Part shown: in pieces, positions 9,643-19,929 of the stretch
Layout of the letters: every line of letters begins with the position of its first letter
How positions within the stretch are numbered: the stretch's first letter is position 1
Assembly: GCF_009914755.1 (NCBI RefSeq)
Contig: NC_060925.1
Length of the DNA stretch: 64,000 bases
DNA from: the human T2T-CHM13v2.0 reference genome, Homo sapiens
Reading direction: 5' to 3' (one strand)
Translations under genes and position numbers: made by a program
Notes under the pieces: generated by a model
The model's input: the letters and a program-made list of their open reading frames with translations, nothing else
Database searches by the model: none
Told to the model about the DNA's origin: nothing

Positions 9643-12600
9643 GTTGATCTTTTCAAAAAACCAGCCCTGGATTCATTGATTTTTTGAAGGGTTTTTTGTG
9701 TCTCTATCTCCTTTAGTTCTGCTCTGATCTTAGTTACTTCTTGTCTTCTGCTAGCTTTTGAATTTGTTTGCTTTGCTTCTCTAGTTATTTTAATTGTGAT
9801 GTTAGGGTGTCAATTTTAGATCTTTTCTGCTTTCTCTTGTGGGCATTTAGTGCTATAATTTTCCCTCTACACATTGCTTTAAATGTGTCCCAGAGATTCT
9901 GGTATGTTGTGTCTTTGTTCTCATTGGTTTCAAAGAACATCTTTATTTCTGCCTTCATTTTGTTATTTTCCCAGTAGTCATTCAGGAGCAGGTTGTTCAG
10001 TTTCCATGTAGTTGTGTGGTTTTGAGTGAGTTTCTTAATCCTGAGTTCTAATTTGATTGCACTGTGGTCTGACAGTTTGTTGTGATTTCCATTCTTTTAC
10101 ATTTGCTGACGAGTGCTTTACCTCCAACTATGTGGTCAATTTTGGAATAAGTGTGATGTGGTGCTGAGAAGAATGTATATTCTGTTGATTTGGGGTGGAG
10201 AGTTCTGTAGATGTCTTTTAGGTCTGCTTGGTGGAGAGCTGAGTTCAAGTCCTGGATATCCTTGTTAAGCTTCTGTCTCATTGATCTGTCTAATATTGAC
10301 AGTGGGGTGTTAAAGTCTCCCATGATGATTGTGTGGAGTCTAAATCTCTTTGTAGGTCTCTCAGGACTTGCTTTATGAATCTGGGTGCTCCTGTATAGGG
10401 TGCATATATATTTAGGATAGTTAACTCTTCTTGTTGAATTGATCCCTTTACCATTATGTAGTGGCCTTCTTTGTCTCTTTTGATCTTTGTTGGTTTAAAG
10501 TCTGTTTTATCAGAGACTAGGATTGCAACACCTGCCTTTTTTTGTTTTCCATTTGCTTGGTAGATCTTCCTCCATCCCTTTATTTTGAGCCTATGTGTGT
10601 CTCTGCATGTGAGATGGGTTTCCTGAGTACAGCACACTGATGGGTCTTGACTCTTTATCCAATTTGCCATTCTGTGTTTTTTAACTGGGGCATTTAGCCC
10701 ATTTACATTTAAGGTTAATATTGTTATGTGTGAATTTGATCCTGTCGTTATGATGTTAGCTGGTTATTTCGCCTGTTAGTTGATGCAGTTTCTTCCTAGC
10801 GTCAATGGTCTTTACAGTTTGGCATGTTTTTGCAGTGGCTGGTACCGGTTGTTCCTTTCCATGTTTAGTGCTTCCTTTAGGAGCTCTTGTAAGGCAGGCC
10901 TGGTGGTGACAAAATCTCTCAGCATTTGCTTCTCTGTAAAGGATTTATTTCTCCTTCACTTATGAAGCTTTGTTTGGCTGGATATGAAATTCTTGGTTGA
11001 AAATTCTTTTCTTTCAGAATGTTGAAGGTGCTGGAGAGGATGTGGAGAAATAGGAACACTTTTACACTGTTGGTGGGACTGTAAACTAGTTCAACGATTG
11101 TGGAAGGCAGTGTGGCAATTCCTCAGGGATCTAGAACTAGAAATACCATTTGACCCAGCCATCCCATTACTGGGTGTATACCCAAAGGATTATAAATCAT
11201 GCTGCTGTAAAGACACATGCACACATATGTTTATTGTGGCACTATTCACAATAGCAAAGACTTGGAACCAAGCCAAATATCCAGCAATGATAGACTGGAT
11301 TAAGAAAATGTGGCACATATACACCATGGAATACTATGCAGCTATAAAAAATGATGAGTTCATGTCCTTTGTAGGGGCATGGATGAAGCTGGAAACCATC
11401 ATTCTCAGCAAACTATTGCAAGGACAAAAAACCAAATACCGCATGTTCTTACTCACAGGTGGGAATTGAACAATGAGAACACATGGACACAGAAAGGGGA
11501 ACATCACACACTGGGGCCTGTTGTAGGGTGTGGGGAGGGAGGAGGGGTAGCATTAGGAGATATACCTAATGTTAAATGATGAGTTAATGGGTGAAGCACA
11601 CCAATGTGGACATGTATACATATGTAACTAACCTGCACGTTGTGCACATGTACCCTAAGACTTAAAGTATTAAAAAAAATATATATATATATACATACAC
11701 ACAAAAAATAATAAAGGAAAACTATACATATGGAAAAAAAAAAAGAATGTTGAATATTGCTCCCACTCTCTTCTGGCTTGTAGGGTTTGTGCCAAGAGAT
11801 CTGCTGCTAGTCTGATGGGTTTCCCTTTGTGGGTAATCCGACCTTTCTCTCTGGCTGCCCTTAGTATTTTTTCCTTCATTTCAACCTTGGTGAATCTGAC
11901 AATTACGTGTTTTGGGGTTGCTCTTCTCGAGGAGTATCTTTATGGTGTTCTCTGTGTTTCCTGAATTTGAATGTTGGCCTTCCTTGCTAGGTTGGGGAAG
12001 TCCTCCTGGATAATATCCTGAAGAATGTTTCCCAGCTTGGTTCCATTCTCCCCGTCACTTTCAGTACACCAATCAAACGTAGATTTGGTCTTTCCACATA
12101 GTCCCATATTTATTGGAGGCTTGTTCATTTCTTTTTACTCTTTTTTCTCTAAACTTCTCTTCTCGCTTCATTTCACTAATTTGATCTTGAATCACTGATA
12201 CCGTTTCTTGCACTTGATCGAATTGGCTACTGAAGCTTGTGCATGCATCACGTAGTTCTCGTGCCATGGTTTTCAGCTCCATCAGGTCATTTAAGGTCTT
12301 CTCTACACTGTTCATTCTGGTTAGCCATTCGTCTAATCTTTTTTCAAGGTTTTTAGCTTCCTTGCGATGAGTTCGCACATCCTCCTTTAGCTCAGAGAAG
12401 TTTGTTATTACCGACTTTCTGAAGCCTACTTCTGTCAGCTCATCAAAGTCATTCTCCATCCTGCTTTGTTCCATTGCTGGTGAGGAGCTGCGATCCTTTG
12501 GAGGAGAAGGGATGTCAGGTTTTTGGAATTTTCAGCTTTTGTGCTCTGGTTTCTCCCCACCTTTGTGGTTTTATCTACCCTTGGTCTTTGATGATGGCGA

Positions 12601-12740
12601 CCTACAGATGGGGTTTTGGGGTGGATGTCTTTTTTGTTGATGTTGATGCTATTCCTTTCTCTGTGTTAGTTTTCCTTGTAACAGTCAGGTCCCTCAGCTT
12701 CAGGTCTGTTGGAGTTTGCTGGAAGTCCACTCCAGACCCT
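9643..12740 (-). mobile_element. L1PA fragment (part of 5' UTR, ORF1, 5' part of ORF2), degenerate, interrupted by a nested L1
   Basis: Minus-strand ORF1 remnants (ENDFDEL..., KEKILRAAREKGRITHKGKPIRL) and endonuclease remnants (ANWIKSQDPSVCC, GDFNTPLS); flanked by caaacaggg(t/a)tttcttg direct repeats. Confidence 0.95.
11027..11743 (+). mobile_element. Nested 5'-truncated L1PA (ORF2 C-terminus, 3' UTR, tail)
   Basis: ORF2 end (DLELEIPFDPAIPLLG...WIKKMWHIYTMEYYAAIK), G-rich 3' UTR, TSD agaatgttgaa at 11016-11026 and 11744-11754. Confidence 0.95.
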
Positions 12741-13307
12741 CAAACAGGGATTTCTTGGTGTTGCCTATTCTCTCCCATGTGTCTAAATCCAGGGAGAGGT
12801 GTATATATGCTTTCTTCCTATTTGTTGGTAGTATGTTGGCTAGTATTTTTGCAAGAAAAGAAATTGAAAAAGTAAATATATTATATCAAAATATTGGGAA
12901 AATGGGGCCCTTAATACACAAGATCTGTGTCTGCACTGCGTCAAGAACTCTCTTCACTTGAATGCTGCATGTAAAATTCAACCCAATTTATGCAAAGTAG
13001 TTGAAGCCCTGTGTCAGTTCTCTGTGCTGCAAGTCATGATGGTAGTTTACAGGGAGAGTCCGGGTGCCCTGAGTTGGCTCATCTGTGGCAAATGTACTGA
13101 GCACATGCTGCCCATTTTTGCTCTGTCCCCAGAGCAGTCACCCTCCACCCTGTATTTAGAAGGATAGTTTTATTTCTCTTGAAGGAAAAATGCCTTTGGT
13201 TTCTGTGACCACTCCATTCTGTCTCCCATCAGATCATCTGGGAGGTTTTGTTGTCTAATGTCTGTTGGTTAAATCTTCTATCATCCCTGTCCTGCCTGGC
13301 TCATCAG

Positions 13308-13471
13308 GAATCTGCAGGAGTCTGAAGAGGAGGAAGTCCCCCAGGAGTCCTGGGATGAAGGTTATTCGACTCTCTCAATTCCTCCTGAAATGTTGGCCTC
13401 GTACCAGTCTTACAGCAGCACATTTCACTCATTAGAGGAACAGCAAGTCTGCATGGCTGTTGACATAGGCA
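13308..13471 (+). CDS. NBPF: CON2 Olduvai large exon ([32 protein letters not shown]...MAVDIG)
   Basis: 164 nt, catcag|GAATCT...AGGCA|gtgagt. Confidence 0.94.
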
Positions 13472-14510
13472 GTGAGTACTCCATTGTGAAGGTGATAAAG
13501 CTCCAGTTCATGGCCCAGGTAGACCCCATAATCTTTGGGCCTTGTGCCCCTTGTTGGGCTGAGATTTGCCATCACCGTGGGCTGAACCTATATATCAATG
13601 TAGATTTCAGTCACTCTGGAGTCAAGTCTGAAGCACAGGCATGGGGTGGGTCAGTGAGCTTTACTCTCTTCCTAGTCTCAGGCCATGCCCATGCCAACCT
13701 GGACTGACTGTCACGACATTGAACTCAAGGCAGGTGTGGCAAACTCACACCAAACTATGTAGCACATGCCCAGGAGTTGTCTGTCAGATCAGCTCATCTG
13801 AATTAAATGTCTCTTGCCAGCTACAAAATTCCTTATGAGTTTTGTTCCCAAAGCATGTCTGTGTGGTTCTTTACCTGCCCAAGGCCAGTGTCACCCTTGT
13901 CTACCTCTCAGTGAAAGATGTGACCCAGGTTTCACTGAATTTATTCCCATTTTCTGTGTCTTCTAAGTTCGCTTGTTTTAGCTCATCTGTCCGTCATGTT
14001 CCTGGTATGTTTTCTAGATAAATGGCTGACTTTTCACCCACAAAAGCCATAATAGCTGATGCTTCTGTGTAGAACCAAGTTTCATTTTGACTCAAGAGCT
14101 GGTACATTGCACCCCTTCATCAAATCTCTGTGTCCACAATCTCATAAACTATCAAATTCTGGGTATTTGATGAGAGAAAGCTTAATATTGAAGTATCTCT
14201 CCTATGAGGTGTTAGAACTATTTGCCTACAATTTATTGGGGAAAAAATTGCTCATTTGTGTACATAAACCTAGGACAGAGCACATAGGGAAGATAACATT
14301 CCAACACAGGGGAATTTTGCCCAAGGCTCATGAAAGAACACAAGCCAGTTTTCTCAAGACTTGACCTCAGGCCTACTGGAATATTTCTCTCAAAGTCTCC
14401 TGTTCTCACACTGACAAGACTGATGTCCCTGTGTTAGGATTGGACAGAGGAATGTTTCTGTGTGCAAGGAAGAACTTAATGTAAGAGGGCACATCTGAAT
14501 TTATTTGCAG

Positions 14511-14562
14511 GACATCGGTGGGATCAAGTGAAAAAGGAGGACCAAGAGGCAACAGGTCCCAG
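14511..14562 (+). CDS. NBPF: Unit 1 HLS1 small exon, unique first type (RHRWDQVKKEDQEATGPR)
   Basis: 52 nt, ttgcag|GACATC...CCCAG|gtgagt. Confidence 0.93.
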
Positions 14563-14954
14563 GTGAGTCTGAGAAATTGTGGACAGTTAATTTGATGTTG
14601 ACACCTGGAGATGCCAAGTCCAGGGAAAACAGTACATCCTGAAAATAATGATTTTGTCTTGTCAGACAAGTCTGAATTATGCCTACTACATTGCTTTTTG
14701 GTTCTCATTAGAGTAAATGTTTAGGTTTCCATTTCTTCCTACCCTTATCATTTACTAACCTAGTGAAAGTTGACCATACCTCAAAAGCTGTATTCTCATG
14801 GTAACTGCCGGGAAACTTGAGCACATTTTATGCAAAATTATTGAGGACATGCTTTTCATGATCACTGTTCACTGTGTGTCCTGAGAGCACAAATACAGAG
14901 TGTCCTTTGACTCCCTCATCAGTGTGTCACCTGACCAATTGACTGACCTCGCTC

Positions 14955-14961
14955 TGTGTGT

Positions 14962-14999
<38 letters not shown>
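14955..14999. repeat. (TG)n microsatellite
   Basis: Directly visible, one TG>AG interruption. Confidence 0.95.
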
Positions 15000-15000
<1 letters not shown>

Positions 15001-15187
15001 TTTCTCGTTCATCCTTTTCTACCTGGCCATAGTCTATCCCAACATAAAGGCAATAATTTGTTACCTCATTAATGGATCTGTCCTTTTTCTTTTCAAACTC
15101 TTCCTTACGTTAGCCATGAAATCTAGCTGGGGCTGTGTGGTTTCTGATTCCCCCTGGCTTATTCTTTACTTTTTCCCACTTTTCCAG

Positions 15188-15360
15188 GCTCAGCAGGGAG
15201 CTGCTGGATGAGAAAGGGCCTGAAGTCTTGCAGGACTCACTGGATAGATGTTATTCAACTCCTTCAGGTTGTCTTGAACTGACTGACTCATGCCAGCCCT
15301 ACAGAAGTGCCTTTTATGTATTGGAGCAACAGCGTGTTGGCTTGGCTGTTGACATGGATG
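15188..15360 (+). CDS. NBPF: Unit 1 HLS1 large exon ([14 protein letters not shown]...[31 protein letters not shown])
   Basis: 173 nt, ttccag|GCTCAG...GGATG|gtgagt. Confidence 0.94.
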
Positions 15361-16081
15361 GTGAGTACCTTTCTATGAAGGTGATAAGGATCCACTGAGT
15401 CTTCTGGTTAGGGTCATATTCCTACTGCAAGTGGCCCTTACTGAGCTGAGAGATGTCATTGCCACAGGGAGAACCTATAGGCACATGTAGGTTGAATGAA
15501 ACTCTAGTTCCACTTGGAAGCCCAGACAAGGGATGGGTCAGTGAGCAAGGCTCTCTTCCTAGTCTCAGGCCATGCCTGTGGCGCCCTAATCCTACTCTCA
15601 TGACATTGGACCTGGGCAGATGTGACAAATTCACACAACTCTGATTTTGTCTCAATTTTGTAGATCTTGTAGATTTCATCCTTCACTCTAATTTCAGCGT
15701 CTGAAATCCTCGCTACCATGAACAATCTGAGTATTTGATGAGACAGGGCTGAATAGTGCAGTTTTTCTCCTAGCAACCATTTGGGGGCATTTGCTTTAAA
15801 TCGATTGGAAAAATATGGCATAACCATTTGCACAAACTTGGGACAAATGATATTGGGATAACGATCTACCAGAATAGGGAATTTTACCCACAGTTTCTGG
15901 GACAAAAACCAAGGAATCTCTATGGTGATCAGCCTTCAGGCCTCCTGAAGAATATCTCTCACAGTGTCCTATTCTCATGCTGAGGAGCCTGAAGTCCCTG
16001 TGTGAGGATTAGACAGTGGATTGTTATGTGTGTTTAGGAGAACCAGCTTAATATGTCTGTCCATGTCTGAACTTATTGCAG

Positions 16082-16133
16082 AAATTGAAAAGTACCAAGA
16101 AGTGGAAGAAGACCAAGACCCATCATGCCCCAG
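16082..16133 (+). CDS. NBPF: Unit 1 HLS2 small exon (EIEKYQEVEEDQDPSCPR)
   Basis: 52 nt, AG/GT flanked. Confidence 0.93.
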
Positions 16134-16731
16134 GTAACTTTGAGCAATTATGGATGCTTAATTCTGTGTTGACACCTGGAGATGCCAGGTCCAGGGAAAA
16201 CAAGAGTGTGTTCAATTTCATGTTTTCAACGAAGGTTGAATTACTCCTACTGACATTGCTGTTGGTTTTCATTGCAGTAGATGCTTAGGTTTCCATTTCT
16301 TCCTCCCCTTATCATTTACTCACTTACTATAGGTTGACCATACCTCAAAGGCTGTATGGCAACTGCATGGAATCTTGAGCAAGTTTATGGAAAATTATTG
16401 AGCCCACTCTTTTCATGATCACTGTTCGCTGTGTGTCCCGAGGGCACTAACTCAGAGTGTCCTTTAACCCCTTCATCAGTGTGTCACCCGGCCAATTCGC
16501 TGAGCTCACTTTCTCCTCTCTCTCTCTCTCTCCCTCTCCCTGTCTTTCTCTTTCATTCTTTTCTACCTGGCCCTGGTCTATCCCAACATAAAGGCAATAA
16601 TTCATTACCTCATTAATGGATCTGTCCTTTTTCTTTTTAAACAGTTCCTTATGTTAGCCATGAAATCTAGCTGGGGCTGTGTGGTTTCTGATTCCCCCTG
16701 GCTTATTCTTTACTTTTTCCTACTTTTCCAG

Positions 16732-16904
16732 GCTCAGCAGGGAGCTGCTGGATGAGAAAGAGCCTGAAGTCTTGCAGGACTCACTGGATAGATGTTATTC
16801 GACTCCTTCAGGTTATCTTGAACTGCCTGACTTAGGCCAGCCCTACAGCAGTGCTGTTTACTCATTGGAGGAACAGTACCTTGGCTTGGCTCTTGACGTG
16901 GACA
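16732..16904 (+). CDS. NBPF: Unit 1 HLS2 large exon (...[31 protein letters not shown])
   Basis: 173 nt, AG/GT flanked. Confidence 0.94.
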
Positions 16905-17613
16905 GTGAGTACCTTACTGTGAAGGTGATAAGCCTCCACCTGGTCTTCCAGATAGGGGTGATATTCCTGTTCCAAGTGCCCCTTACTGACCTGAGAGACG
17001 TCATTGCCGCAGGCAGGACCTATGGGCGCATATAGGTTGTAATGAAACTGTAGTCTCAGTTGGAAGCCTAGACATGAAATGGGTCAGTGAGCAAGGCTCT
17101 ATTCCTAGTCTCCAGCCATGCCTGTGGCAACCTGAGCCCGCTCTCAGCACATTGGACCCAGGCAGATGTAAAAAATTCACAGAAGTATGATTTGGACTCA
17201 AGGGTTTGTAGATTTCCTCCTTCATTCTAATTTCAGTGTCTAAAATTCTTGCATCCATGAACGAGCTGGGCATTTGATGAGACAGGGCTGAATACTTTAG
17301 TTTTCCTCCTGGAAATCATCTGGGGCATTTTCTTTGAACTGATGGGAACAATAAAGCATAACTGTTTGCACAAACTTGGGATAAATGATTTTGGGATAAC
17401 GATCTACCAGAATGGGGATATTTCACCCTTGGTTCTGAGATGCAAACCAAAGAATATCATGACCAGCTTTCAGGCCTCCTGAAGTATATCTCTCACATTG
17501 TCCTGTTCTCATGCTGAGGAGCCTGAGATCCCTGTGTGGGGATTAGACAGTGGACTGTTATGGGTGTAGGTGAATTGGCTTATTTTGTCTGTCCCTGTCT
17601 GAATGTATTGCAG

Positions 17614-17665
17614 GAATTAAAAAGGACGAAGAAGAGGAAGAAGACCAAGACCCACCATGCCCCAG
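17614..17665 (+). CDS. NBPF: Unit 1 HLS3 small exon (RIKKDEEEEEDQDPPCPR)
   Basis: 52 nt, AG/GT flanked. Confidence 0.93.
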
Positions 17666-18053
17666 GTAACTGAGCAATTGTGAACAGCTACTTCTGTGTT
17701 GACATCTGGAGACTCCTGGTTCAGGGAAAACAGAGCGGGCTGACATTATCGATTACATCTTTTCAACCAAGCCTGAATTATTCCTACTAACATTGCTGTT
17801 GGTTTTCATTGCAGTAGATATTTAGGTTTCCATTTCTTCCTCCCCTTATCATTTACTAACCTACTGTAGGTGGACCAGACTTCAAAAACTGTATTCTCAT
17901 GGCGACTGCATGGAAACTTGAGCACATTTTATGGAAAATTATTGAGCACAGTCTTTTCATGATCCCTGTATGCTGTGTGTCCTGAGGGCACTAACTCAGA
18001 GTGTCCTGTTACTCCCTCATCAGTGTGTCACCTGGACAATTCACTGAGCTCGT

Positions 18054-18103
<50 letters not shown>

Positions 18104-18122
18104 TGTGTGTGTGTGTGTGTGT
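18054..18122. repeat. (CT)n(GT)n compound microsatellite; a length-variable copy precedes every HLS3 large exon
   Basis: Directly visible here and in each later unit (two units lack most of the CT run). Confidence 0.95.
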
Positions 18123-18319
18123 CTATCTGTCTTTCTCTTTCATTCTTTTCCATTTGGCCCTGTTCTGTCCCAACATGAAGGCAACAATTTGTTACCTCAT
18201 TAATGGATCTATCCTTTTAGTTTTTTAACCACTTCCCTATGCTACCCATGAAACCTAGTTGGGGCTCTGTTGTGTCTGATTTCCCCTGGCTTATTCTTTA
18301 CTTTTTCCTCCTTTTCCAG

Positions 18320-18492
18320 GCTCAGCAGGGAGCTGCTGGAGGTAGTAGAGCCTGAAGTCTTGCAGGACTCACTGGATAGATGTTATTCAACTCCTTCCAG
18401 TTGTCTTGAACAGCCTGACTCCTGCCAGCCCTATGGAAGTTCCTTTTATGCATTGGAGGAAAAACATGTTGGCTTTTCTCTTGACGTGGGAG
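18320..18492 (+). CDS. NBPF: Unit 1 HLS3 large exon ([14 protein letters not shown]...[31 protein letters not shown])
   Basis: 173 nt, AG/GT flanked. Confidence 0.94.
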
Positions 18493-19206
18493 GTGAGTAC
18501 CTTTCTATGAAGGTGATGAGGATCCACTGAGTCCTCCATATAAAGATCATATTCCTGCTCCAAGTGGCCATTACTGAGCTGAGAGATGTCATTGCCACAG
18601 GGAGGACCTATAGGCACATGTAGGTTGAATGAAACTCTAGTTCTACCTGGAAGCCCAGACAAGGGATGCGTCAGTGAGCAAGACTCTCTTCCTAGTCTCA
18701 GGCCATACCTGTGGCGCCCTGATCCTATTCTCATGACATTGGACCTGGGCAGATGTGACAAATTCAGAGAACTATGATTTTGACTCAAGGGTTTGTAGAT
18801 TTCCTTTTTCACTCTAATTTCAGTGTCTAAAGTCCTCACAACCATGAACAATCTGAGTATTTGATGAGACAGGGCTAAATATTGCAGTTTTTCTCCTAGA
18901 AATCATTTGAGGGTATTTGCTTTAAGTTGATTGGAAAAATATGGCGTAACTGTTTGCAGAAACTTGGGACAAATGATATTGGGATAACGATCTACTAGAA
19001 TAGGGACATTTTACCCACAGTTTCTGGGAGAAAAACCGAGGAATTTCTATCATGACCAGCCTTCAGGCCTCCTGAAATATATCTCTCACAGTGTCCTATT
19101 CTTATGCTGAGGAGCCTGAGGTCCCTGTGTGAGGATTAGACAGTGGATTGTTATGTGTGTAGGGGAATCAGCTTAATGTGTCTGTCCATGTCTGAATTTA
19201 TTGCAG

Positions 19207-19315
19207 AAATTGAAAAGAAGGGGAAGGGGAAGAAAAGAAGGGGAAGAAGATCAAAGAAGGAAAGAAGAAGGGGAAGAAAAGAAGGGGAAGAAGATCAAAA
19301 CCCACCATGCCCCAG
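19207..19315 (+). CDS. NBPF: Unit 2 polybasic small exon ([37 protein letters not shown])
   Basis: 109 nt, ttgcag|AAATTG...CCCAG|gtgact. Confidence 0.93.
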
Positions 19316-19699
19316 GTGACTTTCAGCAATTGTGGATGCTTAATTCTGTGTTAACACCTGGAGGCAACAGATTCAGGGAAACCAGAGTGTGTTTGATGAC
19401 ATGTTTTCAGCGAAGGCTGAATTACTCCTACTGTCATTGCTGTTGGTTTTCATTGCAGTAGATGTTTAGGTTTCCATTTCTTCCTCCCCTTATCATTTCC
19501 TAACGTACCATAGGTTGACCATACTTCAAAAGCTGTACTCTCATGGCCACTGCATCGAATTTTGAGCATATTTTATGGAAAACTATTGAGCTCACTCTTT
19601 TCATGATCACAGTTTGCTGTGTGTCATGAGGGCACTAACTCAGAGTGTCCTTTGACTCCCTTACCAGTATGTCACCTGGCCAATTCACTAGGTCACTTT

Positions 19700-19749
19700 C
19701 TCTCTGTCTCTGTCTCTGTCTCTGTCTCTGTCTCTGTCTGTCTCTCTCT
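19700..19749. repeat. (CTCTGT)n microsatellite; a length-variable copy follows every 109-nt exon
   Basis: Directly visible. Confidence 0.93.
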
Positions 19750-19929
19750 TTCATTGTTTTCTATCTGGCCCTGTTCTATCCCAACATAAAGGCAATAATT
19801 TGTTACCTCATTAATGGATCTGTCCTTTTTCTTTTCAAACTCTTCCTTACGTTAGCCATGAAATCTAGCTGGGGCTGTGTGGTTTCTGATTCCCCCTGGC
19901 TTATTCTTTACTTTTTCCCACTTTTCCAG

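Noticed and set aside
10048-12474. L1 ORF1/ORF2 fragments as functional or domesticated genes
   Set aside because: Broken by frameshifts and stops, interrupted by a nested L1, and lacking the RT domain
15188-15196. Alternative in-frame acceptors at +6 and +9 (cag|GCTCAG CAG) in all HLS large exons
   Set aside because: Possible, but the first AG after the pyrimidine tract is the expected site and nothing in the sequence shows use of the others
15135-15398. Single-exon ORFs such as MWFLIPPG..., MCLISPG... and MQKLK...
   Set aside because: They start at GTG/TTG in intron sequence and run across exon boundaries; the MQKLK ORFs are the wrong frame of the small exons
18387-18851. 154-aa antisense ORF recurring in every unit (also 133-, 90- and 85-aa ORFs)
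   Set aside because: Recurrence follows from near-identical DNA duplication; there is no recognisable domain, and the 133-aa ORF is frameshifted in unit 5
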